A DNA stretch of 58,021 nucleotides, filler included, from Sluysia triapertura (lineage: Eukaryota), in NCBI GenBank assembly GCA_046118255.1. It is 4 parts of 4 records of this genome, joined end to end, with 100 filler letters (N's around TTAATTAATTAA, not from the genome) between each part and the next. Parts side by side here need not be neighbours in the genome. Positions count along the whole stretch, not along the records: positions 25,724 to 39,981 come from JBJNIA010001674.1; positions 40,082 to 58,021 come from JBJNIA010183612.1; 2 more parts are not named here. One strand, 5' to 3'. Both the position numbers and the translations under genes were made by a program. Positions 27,986-42,420 of this stretch are shown here, one piece after another. Position 1 is the first letter of the stretch; each line of letters starts with the position of its first letter. Below the pieces are notes generated by a model that was not told the origin of the DNA, made no database searches, and saw nothing but the letters and a program-made list of their open reading frames with translations.

Positions 27986-28859
27986 AATCAAAAATAAAGT
28001 GCCTACTTTATCAAAATTTGTACACTTATTCTAAGTTTCATAAATATAAGTCAAGAATAATATTTTTTTAAGATTACACTTAAAAGTTCACTTATGATTT
28101 CAAAAAACTGTGAGTTGTGATTTTTAAAAAACTAATAAGTATCTTTGGATCTTTATTTAAATATGTAAGTACTTTTTGGAAATTTTTATATTAATTACAA
28201 AGTATTATCAATAAACTGCAAAAACTATTTAAATTCATCAGCAGTTGGATTCGCATTTCTTAATTTAAAGACATTCTGTTACTATTATTATTATTATCAT
28301 TATTATTAAATTACCTTAAATTAGTGCATTCATTAGTAAATCACAAAACTGAATCGGTTGATAAACCGAATTATCTATTTAAATTTATAATAATTTGTAT
28401 TTATCAAGTAATGAAAATCACATTAATTAATTACCCGTCGCAATTAATTTACTAAGTAAAATTCTAATTTCATCCAATTAACTATGCTTATTCCACGTAT
28501 AATTAATGATTCACAAACTATTAGGTGAACCATTTTTGAAACAATTTATTTGACCATTTCCATTTTTATTTGATTTAAAGTGACTGATATATATATATTT
28601 CGAAATATAACCATTTGTGAAATTACCGAAAGGAAGTAATTTTTTTAAAAGTAAATTTTTGTCATTTTTTATTTTAAGAAATAAGTAAATTAAATTTTAT
28701 TTTAAGAAATAAAGTTAAAGATTTAAGAATAAGAGTCTAAAGTTCAAATTAAGATTCACCCAAGAAAATAGGAACGAAATTAAAATTAGGAAATTAAGAA
28801 AACTCTAGTAATTGTAAAAATTTAAACTGAGTAAATTCTAAATGCTTGAGGATTATTTA

Positions 28860-29300
28860 GATGTATCGATTGCAATTTATTGGCTTAATAAGTTGATTAT
28901 GACCACAGATAATTGGACTATTATCACTCTAGTTTTGCCGATTGTGATTTGAAAGTTCCTCGATAAGTTTCCAATATCCATATAACTTGTTTCCATTTAA
29001 CTTGTATTCTTTAATTAATTAAACAAACATGGTTCGTTGATCTTTTAACTACCGAATTACAATTAGAGCACTGTCTTTTGACTTAGAAATTTCTAAAAAA
29101 TTACATCTATCCTTATGATTTCTTTGTAGTACATAAAATTTTAACTTATCTTTATAAATGTTAATTGAGTGCTGGTAACTGTTATCATAATTCCCTTCAC
29201 AAGGTTCAATGCAATATTTTTCACGTTTCATAAACTTAATACAATGAATTTCATGATTATACGAAAGATCTGTAGATAAGTGTGGTCTGTAAAAAAATAA
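28860..29300 (-). mobile_element. Possible hAT transposase remnant
   Basis: STDLS...IKFM resembles the DESTD motif region; highly decayed. Confidence 0.25.
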
Positions 29301-29569
29301 CTAGACTTGGCGCATGTTGCAGACATTGGATTTAACCGTTTTAATGCATTAAAATAATTGGAAACAAGCAATAGTAGCCATTTAAAAGATGGAGTATGAA
29401 ATTATTTTTATTGATTTTATTTTTTAGTTTCAATTTTTTAATTTATTCATTATTAATTGAAATACATTTATTCATTATTCATTTTTAATTGAAATACATT
29501 TATGAATGTTTAGATCTATGAAATAAAATTTAAATTTAAATTGAGTAGATATGGAACATTTGTTTTTAT

Positions 29570-30362
29570 ATTGACGACTTTGTAAATTGCTATTTGCGAA
29601 CTAAAACTGAAGCATCTATTTGCATTTTGTTCGTTTTAATTAAATTATATTTCGAATTATATATTTCGAATCTTTGGTGATCCTATCGACCATATTTTTC
29701 TTGAAAAGATTTTCATGGATTATCGTATGAAATAGTACCTTGTAAAAAATCTTCGTGGGTCTTCGATAAACTAGTTGTAGATGAATACTCGCAATTTTCT
29801 TTGTTCTCTAAAGAATTACTTCTGGGTTTTAGAATTGAAGGTATTTTTGATGCCTGCTGTTTCTAAATTGGTCGAACATTTATTGCATGGTACAATGAAT
29901 TCTTTTTGAGAATTTACCTTAGTTTCGTGCTAATGATAGCACATTTGACGGATATTCAGAAAGTTGTAGTTTCTGTTTTTAAAGCTATTGAATAAATTTG
30001 GTAGTTGTAAAAAATCAGGTTTTTCAGTAATTTGGGAAATCGGAGAATGTTTGAAAAATGCACTGACACTTTCGTCTTTATCATTATCAACAGTAAAGGA
30101 TGGTTTCTCTGTATACTGTGATCCTTCGGTATTACTGTCAATAATAGCACCTGAACGTGTCACACTGACTCCTGACGAATTGCTTTGTTTTTGTGTATCA
30201 TTGAATTCGTCAGAAGAATCTTTGATATGAGCATCATTAAATCTGACAAAGTATAGATAATACTAATTATAGAAATAACATAAAATGACAATAACATGAA
30301 TGAACGAAAGACCGAAATAATAAAAATAAAGAATGACGAGATTAAGGAACATATATGATTTC
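29570..30362 (-). CDS. Exon fragments of an unknown protein (hydrophobic segment followed by an S/T/D-rich tail); may be a pseudogene
   Basis: Acceptors catgtag| (~30362) and ttgtcag| (~30243); open S/T-rich frame 29930-30242. Confidence 0.3.
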
Positions 30363-33300
30363 TACATGCCAAAAGTTTGAAAATATTGAAATATTTACGT
30401 GTGGGTAATGAAAACTGAAAGAGTAAGAATATAAAATTTTTATGTTTTTTGTAAAAGCTGGGTTAGGTTGAAGTTAAGCTAGTACAAAAAGCTGATGTTT
30501 GAAAATGATATGGTTGTGGAGTTTTGAATTGTTTGTATTTGTGTTTTATGGAAATGTGGAGTATAAAATTTGAACTACCATGAGAAACAATGTCATTTTA
30601 GAATTTATTTTATAACGTATTGAGGTTAATATATTGTGATGGGTTGTTTAATTGAAATGTGGAGACTCAGTGAGTTATTTCTGCTTTTGTGTGTGAATAG
30701 AGTAATGTAAAATTTTGAATTATGAGGCGAACAAACACACCAATTCTCTAGAGCTTATGAATATTGATGTTTAATTTGGTTTAAAAAAGCAATCAACAAA
30801 CAGATCCATATACATGTACATTCAAGTTTTATTTTTAACATTTTCCAAAATAACAATATTTACTCATATTTCACAAAACAATATGGATTTCTTAATTATT
30901 TGTATTAAAAATTTAGGTTAAATCATTCAAAAATAAGTATTAAAAACCAACATACTTCCATTTAGAAACAACGAAATAAATTGGGTATGAAAAAGGTGAG
31001 ATGGCCAAACAAAAGTTTTTGGACAATCAAAGGATTAAATACATTAGAATTAATATATAATAATGCTACATATAACCAATTTTAACATGCTTCATATTAA
31101 TATAGACATCCATGCAGAGGATGGAAAAGAAAACGTTAAGATAGGTCAGTTTTATACCTATAGTAATGTGGTAGTAAATTAATTAAAAAAGGAGTGGGAT
31201 AATAAATTTATAATTCTGTGGTAGTCCTAGGGTTAATGGCAATGACTATAACTTTTTGGGAGAGTGTGTTCTCTTTGACAAATATATTACATTATTCAAC
31301 AATTATTTTGGCATTCTATACTATTCCTCAAGTGACACCATTTGTTTTATATATTAGTGTTATAGTAATGCGTTAAGTTTTCATGTATTTATTGGGATTT
31401 CTGTCGAATTTACCCTAACAAAATTTATTTAATGCAGTTATGGTTTCGTCCGTTGTAAAAGACTTATGGTGGCTTCCCTAGAGGATTTAAACAAAGCTTT
31501 CAAAGAATAATTCTCATATAATTTTCAACGAGTGCCTGATTTATTTTTATTTTAATTACTTATGGTAACTTATAAAATACTCACAATGAATGACAATAAA
31601 TGACAAAGTACATTCCACTACAAACTGTAAATAAATTAAGTGAATACTCACTTTAAACGGGTACAATTTAACAATGTGAACTTACTACATAATGATGAAC
31701 TGGCTCACTACAATTTTATTACAAATTACAAATCATTACAAACCATTCATTATAATATACTCAAACAATAAAAACTCATATATAAAGCAATCACGACTTA
31801 AGGTTATCTCACGCACTTTACAACGTTTTCAATATTTTCTGCATCTTACATGCTTAAAATCACGTTATATTTTGTTAATTTCTTTTAAATTACACAGATC
31901 ACAACCTTAATGTATTTTTCCATCGTTTTCAGATTAAAAAAGTCATAACTTAGACAAAATAATCACATTTAATTATAATTTAATTATAATTTTAACAGCT
32001 AAATTAAAGCACTCGTAATGTAGAAAGAACTTTGCCTTTAACTAAAGTGCCACTAATATCATAAAATTACTAGGATATTTTGGTTTCATTTAATTTTTTC
32101 ATTACTAAACTTTTATAATAATAGTAATAATAATTATAAATATAAATGTAAGAACGCTAGACTAGGTTACAATAGCTACCAATCCAAATTTCATTGACAA
32201 AAAATTTATTACAAATTATAACCAAAGATTATCGACACAAAATTAAAAAATATCGTGTCATAAAAAGAAAGAAGAAATGACTTACTTTTTACTTAGAAAT
32301 AAAAACGGAAAAATTTATATGTAAAAAGTTTTTATATTTTAGAAAAAGTATTATTCATAAAACAAATGTATGATTTAAGTGATTGTTTAGAATTCTATGA
32401 AAATCTTTTAATGGAACATCAAGAGCGCTTATATTTAATGTATCTGATTACGTAGAAGCACAAGATAACGATCATATAATTTTTAGAAAAAATAGTGCTT
32501 TGGATTATGCAAAATTTGATTAAAAACCTCAATGTCAGAGTTATTTATATTTCTATAAACCTTTTGTTATTAAACAAAAATTGTGGATTTACGTGTTAAA
32601 ATATTTGAATTATGTAGTCAAATAAAGTATGGAACATGTTACTGAATATTTATCAGAATCAGATTCTCCTCGAAATCGAACTAGTGTTTGCGTAGAAACT
32701 TTGTAAAGAAAAATATAAATTTAGATAATATTCCAACTGGATATGAAAGAGGAACTCGTGAATTTAATGTTTCATCAGGACCTAATGTTCTAACACCTAG
32801 GTCAATTCAGATATTTTTATGGCTACACAGTAATATTATTCTGTATAGAAAATAGTATTACCTAAACAGATTGCGTCGTTGAAGCATCAATTATCAAATT
32901 TGCAACGCATTATAAAACAACCAATATTGTCACTAAGTGTCATAGCCAGATCTTAATGTTTGCAAATCAGACTCTTAAATTCTCATAAAGATCGAAGTTC
33001 GACATTATAATTGCAATATGCGGCAAATTCCTATCAAAACTTCTGTTTTATCTAGACTTATCTTATAATAAATCATAGATCTTATCAGTAATGAAACAGT
33101 TATAAGTACTTATTACCAATGCTCATAACCGACTCCTTATCAGTAACATAATCGTATATTTGGTCCTTTAACGTTTATTGATGTCCCGCATGATTAATAG
33201 CATAAGAATCTCCAGCTAACTAGCATTTAATGCTTTACTAAATACACAACTTCTACAAAGTGTATTGGAAATGAACTCACAAAAGTTGATTGTCTGAAAA

Positions 33301-33539
33301 AACTATTATTTATATGGTTGTCATTGTGTGACAGTGTACCATTTCACCGTACATCAATAGCCACTATATCACGTCAATGGTATTGTGCTTGTATTATTTT
33401 ATTAGCAATTGCATCATTATAATTAGGTACATTTGTAACTAAGTCTAGTACCATTTTGAAAAATATTAGTTTTAGTTAATGATGCTTCAACAATTTTGGA
33501 TGGAACTCCAACATTTTTGCTGAATATAAAATTTATACA

Positions 33540-34085
33540 TCTTTATATGATACTCCTCAATCCCACATAAGACCATTTTTACTCATGGTTATCAAAGCAT
33601 TTAAATTAATGAATTTAAAAAATCCATCTATATGCATATCCGTAGTATCTTTACCAGCGACACCATCCAAGCATATAAAATTTGTAATATGGTTACGTAT
33701 GGTTAAGTTTGAACTATTATATCTTTGAATTCGTTGCGATTGCTATTTAAAGTAGGACTTGTAGTTATTAATACACTTTCATCAAATTCTAAAATAATAT
33801 TAAATAAATAAATTATTACAACCTTCTCTTTTTTTAAATTTGCAAATATATTATGCGGTACTTCGCTATTAATCGAAATTAAATGTCCACCTTGTTTTTG
33901 ACAATACATTTTAGCAACATCAAATGATTTTAGACTCTTCATGATTATAACAATAAGGTTTGTAATATTTCGGACAAATAATACAAAAGTTTATAAAAGA
34001 ATCAGTTTAGAGCAACTTTGTACACTTTATTTGCATTTGTTAACGAAATAATGGAAAATACTGACAAAATAATATTTACAATCAT
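33540..34085 (-). pseudogene. C-type lectin domain gene, disrupted
   Basis: Signal-like MIVNIILSVFSIISLTNA; CPKYYKPYCY in one frame and KSFDVAKMYCQKQGGHLISINSE in another; stops downstream. Confidence 0.6.
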
Positions 34086-34496
34086 TGTTTCTAGCATAAA
34101 TTATCAATTCTTTAAATAGTTCTATTAAAATAATTACGATTAATAATTAAATTAATTATTTCCTTTATTGGAAGTCAATAAATTTCTAAATTAATTTCAA
34201 TATCATTATTATCAATAATAATGATAATAATAAGTAATATATTAAATAATAATAATAATAAAATCACTTCAGAATATCTAAATCAAATTTTATATTATAA
34301 AAATACAGATCAATAAAAATTTAAAAATAAAAATATTTCAATAGCAAGAACTTAATTTATATATAATTTTTATCACCTTTATTTGCTGCTACTATATTTT
34401 CCTATAGAATATGAAGTAGTAAATAATTTTCAAATTTTCTAGAATGATTATTTTTGATTTATAAACAGATTTTGCTAATTATTTGTAATTAAGCTA

Positions 34497-35181
34497 CTGT
34501 AAAATCCCGAGCAATAAGCTGCAGAGAACGTTTTTATGGAAATGTATGGAAGTATTAGCTGCACCATTTGCGTTGATGACTCATGATTTTAAAATCAGCA
34601 ACCTATCATTAAAAAACAAATGCCACAGTGACAATAACCATTTTGTTTTGATTGTTTATATTGTTTACATTGTTTATTGTACTGTTTTGAATCCTTGATT
34701 AAAATGGATAAGGATTCTGAACAAAAACAAAAGAAACAACGAAGATCTTTTAGTTCAGCAAATAAATAATCTTATCTTCAATTTAAATTGTTTTTTAGTT
34801 GTATAAGCTGCACATCATATTAGCTGCAATTCAAAAATGTTGTTTTTATGTAAGTACAGTTATTTCTCAAATTGGCCAACCTGGGTTTTTATTTTTTTTG
34901 GCCAATTTGAGATTTTGGTCAATTTGAAAAGAACTATTTGAAAAAAATTTTAAAATTAATATAATTTTTAAACTTATAATGAGAATTCTGAAATACCCCT
35001 AAAGAAAAAACGAGGTATAGTGTTTTTTAGTGAAATTTGGTGAGACATATCTATAATTAAATTTGAATACATTAAAAAGGTGAATTGTTAACTTGGCCAA
35101 TTTGAAAATGGTCAATTTGAGAAATGTCCAATTTGAGAGAATATACTGCATTAGCTGCAGCTTATGCTCGGGATTTTACAG
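34497..35181. mobile_element. Tc1/mariner-superfamily (Tc2/pogo-like) MITE
   Basis: ~26-bp TIR ctgtaaaatcccgagc(a)ataagctgca / tgcagcttatgctcgggattttacag with TA on both flanks. Confidence 0.85.
34857..35148. mobile_element. Nested pogo/Tigger-like MITE with subterminal repeats
   Basis: TIR cagttatttctcaaattgg / ccaatttgagagaatatactg; several ggYcaatttgaRa repeats near both ends. Confidence 0.7.
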
Positions 35182-35586
35182 TATATTAAAAATAACTTAA
35201 AATTAAATTTATATTTAAAAATTGATATCTTTGATTAACCATATTTCTTTATTAAAAATATTTGTACTTTAATTTGAAAATTGTTTAAATTTTAAAATAT
35301 TGTAAAGATTATTTTAATTTATTTTTATTATTTTAATTTTAATTATTGCAAAGATTTATTAATAGGAAAGCTTATTTGTGAAGTAATCAAAAATTTAATT
35401 CTATTAAAAACTGTATTAAAAATAATAAAATTATTGTTACAATTTATAATATAAAAAAATAAAAATAAAAATTAAAAATTAATTAAAATAAATATTAATT
35501 AAAAATTAAGACAAAAAGTAATAAACAATAAATTGAATAAAATAATATTAATTAAAATTAAGAGAAAAATAATAACATATATACTT

Positions 35587-35719
35587 TTAGACTTCGTAGA
35601 CCCGGGACCTCTCGATGCGCAGTTCGATGCTCTGGCCACTGAGCTATCAGCCGGGTCTAACAATTTTAGATTACTCTAGTCCAATATACTGCACAGCACT
35701 TTAGGCTTGTATCCCAATA
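35587..35719 (-). mobile_element. tRNA-containing TIR element, copy 3 (internally deleted)
   Basis: Minus strand: tattgggatacaagcctaaagtgc...tgttagac ccggctgatagctcagtggccagagcatcgaactgcgcatcgagaggtcccggg...gaagtctaa. Confidence 0.75.
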
Positions 35720-35879
35720 ATACTATAAAATAACAACAAACTATAATGTAAATGAAATAGCATCAAGAGTAATTTTACTATATGTTACTGTATTACAAAA
35801 ATTAGAAAATGTCATATTATGGAAAAAATCAACTATAAATAGAAGCGTTCTTTTCACTCATCCAAATTAATTATTGATG

Positions 35880-36195
35880 AAGTTGTTGGTTGAAGGTGTT
35901 TGGTATTCGATTGTTCAGGTTATTGATGTTACTTCGTATTTGGTATTTAAGTTATTAATAGACGATATTTGGTGTTTGGTATTCGATTATTGTCCCAGTT
36001 ATTTATTGAAGTTATTTGATATTCGATTTCATTTATTTATTGAAGAAGGTATTTGGTATCCGAATTATTAATTTGAGGAGAAGTTACTCATTGAAGATAT
36101 TTGGTATTTGATATTCAACTGCTGTTCGAGCTAAATATATTTGGTATATAATTATTGTTCGAGTCAAAGGTATTTGGCATCTAATTGTTATTTAA
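35880..36195. repeat. Degenerate tandem repeat with core gaaggtatttggtattcga
   Basis: About 7-8 imperfect copies at irregular spacing. Confidence 0.7.
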
Positions 36196-36499
36196 GTAAC
36201 TAACATTTTATAATTTAAAATACATTAACGTTTAACTTTGAATATTTATCAGAATAACATTTAAAATAATTAAAATAATTTACGAACACCCAAAATATGA
36301 CTACGTATAGTATATTTTATTGTGAATATTATCCGAATTAGACGTATGATAAATAAATTTTTTATTTATCAATTTATATTATTTGATTTTAAGGGGAAGA
36401 ACTTGAATTTTAATAGATATCAAACAAAAATGCACTTGCATCTCATACACCAGAGACGAGTGAACAGTAACCTCCAGTTATTATTATAAGTGTTAGAAA

Positions 36500-37757
36500 A
36501 TAATTGTCTTAAGCTTATATCTTCGTTCAGTGCTGGGCTTGGAGTTTCTAATTTTTCTCTATCATTTGGAGCGTTTATTGGTTCTAAATTTTCGTTACCT
36601 AAAATGGTTATTGAATATATTAATTAATTCTTCTTGGTCTTCGTTTGTATTATTTTATTGAATGGATAATATCAATTCCTCTTCTTCATTTATTATATTA
36701 TTATATTTTTCCCATCTTCTTAGAATTGCCTCTACATTTTTCTTTTCTTCTATTTCTTGTACAGTTTTGATTATTTTCTGTTTTTCTATTGATTTTAATT
36801 CTTTTCTCTTTTTCCTTTTTCTGCAAAGGTTTCATAAAATATTCATATAAATGATCAATAAATGTTTCATCCTCATCTTCATCTTCTTGTTTTCTTATTG
36901 ATTACTTTCTTTCTTTGTTAATATCAATACCGTCTAACTTCGCTCTACGAAATTCACGTAGCACCTTTTCTTCTTCGTCTGTTAGTCTTCTCGGATGTTT
37001 TTCATAACCAAAATCTTCATATTCTTCATCACATATATTAAGCTTACAAATATATGTAGTTCAGATCTTAAACCATTTTTAAATTTGTCTATTAACATTG
37101 CTTCTTTATTTTCGTTAGGTATTTTCGCTCTGGCCACTAAACATTTCAATGCACAGGCGAATTCATAAACTGTTTCATTACTTTTTGCTTCCTAATATTC
37201 AACATTTTAAGATAGTATTTACCTATATCATCTAAGGCTATTTCTTCTGTAAATGCATTTAGAAAATCAGTCCAATCTCTTTTATTTTCTTGATTTATCT
37301 CTTTGTATGTTTGTATTGTGATTCCTGTCAGATAATTCTGGATCCTTTTAATTTTCTCCACTTCCGAGCAGCCGTTGGTTTCCGCAACGCTGTCGTACTC
37401 GAATAAAAAACGCATAATTCTTCTTACCATTGAATTTGCACATTTCCTGGAAAATAACAGTTAATGTCATGCTAAAAGTAGGTTGTCTTATACAATCTCT
37501 TAAATCTTCAATAGTTTCTACCATAATTTTCTTATTTTTCTTAGTCATAATCTTAATATTTTCAAATGAGTTAATTCTTCTCAAACCACTTCTGTTTTCC
37601 TTATCAATTCTTAAAATTCAACACAAAAATAACAATTCTAAAAAAGAAAATCTTAACACTTAGTAACTCCAAACTTAAATAATTTACTTATTTAGAACTT
37701 ACCTAAACTTAATACTTTATAAATGTCTTAATATCAATTGTCCCAATTCAGGTGCCA
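36500..37757 (-). mobile_element. Ty3/gypsy 5' remnant: primer-binding site and frameshifted gag
   Basis: FLFEYDSVAETNG.SEVEKIKRIQNYLTG...W..F..AF is gypsy gag N-terminal-like. TGGCACCTGAATTGGGAC (37757-37740) matches the tRNA-Lys PBS TGGCGCCCGAACAGGGAC at 14/18. Confidence 0.7.
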
Positions 37758-40700
37758 AATATTTTCTGAGTTTTTATATCTCCTACAACTTTTACTCTAG
37801 CAAATATAAATTTAATTAATGGGTTCGCTTGAAGTCAACGATTTAAATACGCGGGAGACGTTGCTTTAAGATTTTTGATTATAAAAGAAATTCCTATGCA
37901 CGTAAAGTATTTTAAATGAGCACATTCTTCTTTTATTGCGAATATGAGGGTACACTTAACACGGTCAAAATTATGAGAAATAAATTTAAACTGTATGGAA
38001 AATACTTTTTGCTAAGTAAATCTTTTAATCGTAAAAAACATCTCTTGCGTAATGGTAGGAATTACTAAAAATGGTTAGTGAGTATTTCAAATTAAACAAA
38101 ATAACTTCGAAAACTTTATACACAATGATCGAATTTTATAAACGAAGTTTAACCAAGATGTAATTCTTGGATGTGGAAATATGATAATAATTTAAATGCA
38201 TTTTAATTCTAATATAATAGAAAAAAGCTTCTTATTAAAAACTTACGTTGACATAATCATTAAGTTAAATTAGATTCCAGTTAAGTGATTGAATGTCTGA
38301 TGGATCGGATTCCTTAAAATATCAATGTATATTGCAGAAGAACTTTCAAATCTCGAAAATAGCTTACTCTGAAGATTTTATTTGTCGTAAAGAAGAATTG
38401 AGAATAGCTAAATTTTTCTTATCTCGTCACGTTTAAGAAGAATGTTTTGATTTATAAAAATGAGTTTTAATGTGCTGCAGTTTCTTTATTTTAATAAATA
38501 TTTATTTTATAAAAATTTAAGATAAAAATGATTATTCTATTTTGATAAATATGGCATTAAAAATATTACTAATTATTAAGTACAAATACTAATTAATATT
38601 TTTCCAAAAATATAATTTTATTTAATTTTTATAAAAATATTTCAACCTATTTTTTCAAAACATTTATTAAAATTTACAATTAATTTATACACTTTACATT
38701 TACGTTGACGTGCTTCGCAATACTTCATCATTCAAAACACTAATAAAATTCAATATTATACACTAACTCCAATATCATTATATAATGAGCAAACATTTTT
38801 ACTGAGTTATCAAATTAAACAAGTTTTAATTAAGTTAATTAATAAAGGCACTTTAATATTTTAACAAATAAAACCTTGTAAAGGGTTATTTCTTCATATT
38901 TCTCATTATTTTGTTTTAATTTAAGTATTCTATATACTTATTTTACTATTACAATTCATCATAATGTTGAACTTATTCTGTTATCATGAGTCCTAACCCT
39001 TACATCTACCTTTATCCTTTATTAATCCCAACATACAGTCATGAATCCTTGACTGTAACTGGACCCTGCTCAATTTTATTTTGCCGTATGTTAAGAGTTA
39101 AGAAAACCACAACATAACAGAACTTTAAATACAGAAAATTGCCACACAAAAATTTTGCAAGACTATTATCAATAACTTTCTTATTTTATATTCCTGATTT
39201 CTGTAAATTGTACTTACTGAATTCCGGAGAACCAGAACACATTTCTGATATTACAAGTTTACGCTAGTTTAATTTCATAAAATGAACCACATTTTAAATA
39301 GTGCGTAAACTCTACCTAAATGCATTTTCTAATTTTTTCACGGCTATTTTAAACAAGCCTGTATAATACTTTTAAAATGCTTTATTTGTTTAATTGCTTA
39401 TTTTTATTGCAATTTCGTGTATAAAAATACTAATTTTGGGGCTGTTAACTACTAATAATTCTCAAAATCGACCTAAATTTTATTTTAAAATGTCCTATTT
39501 AGAACAATGACGTAAATTCAAGGAAGCATTAAATTACATAGTCTGAAATTAAAGTCAATTGAAAAAAGTTCACAAATTCATATTTTGTAAGACCTTTTTG
39601 AAATAATGACATGAGCACATTATTTTTACGAGTTATAGACTCAACTACAACTGGTACAAGCAGAGATTAGTGTTTAAATTCCCGATACAACATCCATTTT
39701 GATTTTAGCATTAAGTTAAATAAATATAAACAAACTACATAGAAATCTAATTTGACCTTCATAATCTTTCTTTAGCATAATTATGCAAATTTTTCTCCTA
39801 AAACTAACTAAAATATAATAATCTTCATGGGTCCATCCATAATCAAAGATTTACGTCTGGTGTCAAGACGTTGTTGAAGGATTTGTGGAGGGTTTTACTA
39901 TAATAATGCTAGTTTTCAATCGTCTGTTTAACAATTTATTAATGTAATCTACACTTTAGTTATATTCACTTTCTATATCCTNNNNNNNNNNNNNNNNNNN
40001 NNNNNNNNNNNNNNNNNNNNNNNNNTTAATTAATTAANNNNNNNNNNNNNNNNNNNNNNNNNNNNNNNNNNNNNNNNNNNNAATTGTCAAGAGTTATTTG
40101 TGGATGCTACCTACAGAAAGATTGTTTGCCAGTTGGAATTCGTGATCCGCGGTGCAGGTCTTAGTACGGTTTACCATGTGATTATCGTCAATACGAATTA
40201 TCATTCTAACAGAACGTGTGGACCTCTTAGAATTAAACATTTGCATTTTATTAGACTTACATATAATTTTGTTTTTGATATAGAGTTTTCGCATAAATAT
40301 AATAGCATTAATCTTTATTTTCATTTGTTAAATTTTAGTAATCGTAGAATATTAAATTTTAACTATTTAAAAATAATAAATATTCATAACAATTTTAATT
40401 TAAATTTTTATAACAAACACCGCCCATACCTACACATTACACTTATAAATGTCATTATTGCATTGTATGAAAAGTTATTGAATCAAAATAATTACGATTA
40501 TTTAATTAAGCCGTATATTAATATTATTTAATGTTATACGTGACGTCACAACAACGAACCTGTACTCATCTTAACGGTTTGAAGGGTTAATAAACCCACT
40601 TTCTGTAATTAACAAGTACAATTTTTCATGATGCTTATTCTTACCATTTAGTTATTGTCTATACTATTCTCAATTTACTTCATCTTCAATTGTGAACCTT

Positions 40701-40859
40701 TTCACAAACCAACTTCACGTTTAATTAAAACTTTAACACACTTCTTTATAAGTAAATTTGTAAATAAGTAAATTTGCATTATCAAAACCTTTTTAATAGT
40801 TACAATTATCTTTCACTTAAATAGTCGAGTACTTTATCTTGAACAAAATCTAATGATTT

Positions 40860-42420
40860 AAATCGTCCTCCCCCTTTTCCCATGAACACAAACTCACCTC
40901 ACAAAATTACGAGGCTACACCATTTTTTTATTTTCAAAAAAAATTTAAGTGTTATTTTATATACGAATGAATATGAAAACACACTGACGATTTAGTTTTG
41001 CTCCAAGTAGATGATACCCACGAAGATAAATTGTGCTTTAAAATTACCACGCTTATTACATCTCAACAAAAGGTCGTGAGTTTACGAGAAACGTAAATCT
41101 AATGATAATTATATCACATTGTTACCTTACTAAAGTAGTGATAGGAGAATCCTAAATATGATATAAATTTAGTAATTTGAAGTGTTCATGTACTACTCTA
41201 AAGACTCCGCTAAAATTCTCATAAATAGTTTTAGATATACATGTGAGACTTAAATCTAACATCATATTGAATAAATCGTGTATCATAAACCGAAAAAATA
41301 TAATGTGATACTGATACTTTAACCAGTTAAGAAATTTGAATAGTTCCAATCATACTTAATTCAATCATACACAAAAATAATTTTATCGGAACTATGTTAA
41401 ACGAAGTTAGTTCGATGCAACAAAAAGAACGAGTCAAAAAAACAACAGTAAACCTTAATGAATTACGGCATTAAACACTTAATAAAGTTCAGTTTTCTTA
41501 TTGTCACCTGGTATTACACTATTCCGACAATGGAATACTATCGTAAATAATCTTACGAATGTTTTCAGATCCTTTGCAAAATATAATTTTAAACAAGCCG
41601 TGCAACTTGTTGATCGTGAATACAGCATATAACCATATCTTCGACGCATTGTTCAACTTTTGGTTTCTTCGTTTTTCTCTTCATAATTAAAAAGAAGAAC
41701 AAGCCCAAACCATTGTTATGCAACAATGTGTTCTCCGTGAATCTCAATACTAACATTAATATCGCTAAATATATACTTTTGAAATGATTTAAAATTGTGA
41801 CATTATTTATAGGTGTTTGCAAATATCGTCCATTTGATCATACTATTCTAACGACTCAACAGATTTTGTAAATTAATCACTGTTTAAAAGCTTCATAAAA
41901 ATATGGAATTATTTCCAAACGTCATAAAGATCGCGTTCTGCAAAATTCGAACAATATCTGGTGTTTAATCAATTGATTGACGTGAAAACTTTAAAAATCA
42001 TACTATATTACTAACGAGCAATAACACTGTTAGCTTTATTTCAAAACGATGCTTCCACAAAAATCAACATCACAATTCAAATTTTAGGTTCATTCAAATA
42101 GTGAACTGATGTAATAAATTGGCATCGAGTTAATGGCATTGACATGAAGCATCTATAATCAGGATTAGACAATATTCAATGAAAATAAACAAGTTCACCT
42201 TTACATAAATAGAAATATTATCTCTTTTAAATACGTCATAATCCTCCAGTATTCCACTAATTAATAATAGATTTTTAGACACGCATAGAGTAGCCATTTA
42301 ATGTATGCATAAATCTCAATGTTTATAAAAGTTTATTCACTTTGCATTCATTTACTAGATATAAACATATTGCGCATATCCACGATTTGGCAAACAGAAT
42401 ATGAAAATCCTCTTAAATTA
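40860..42420 (-). mobile_element. Decayed gypsy integrase and polypurine tract
   Basis: RIV*SNG (IVSDNG-like), HNNGL (HPxxNGL-like), FSGVFRV (GPF/Y-like); PPT GGGAAAAGGGGGAGGA at 40881-40866. Confidence 0.55.

Noticed and set aside
35880-36195. CRISPR-like repeat/spacer array
   Set aside because: Repeats are too degenerate, spacing is irregular, the context is eukaryotic and no cas genes are present.
40100-40531. 143-aa ORF
   Set aside because: Non-ATG start, AT-rich filler, next to a gap; at most a TE remnant.
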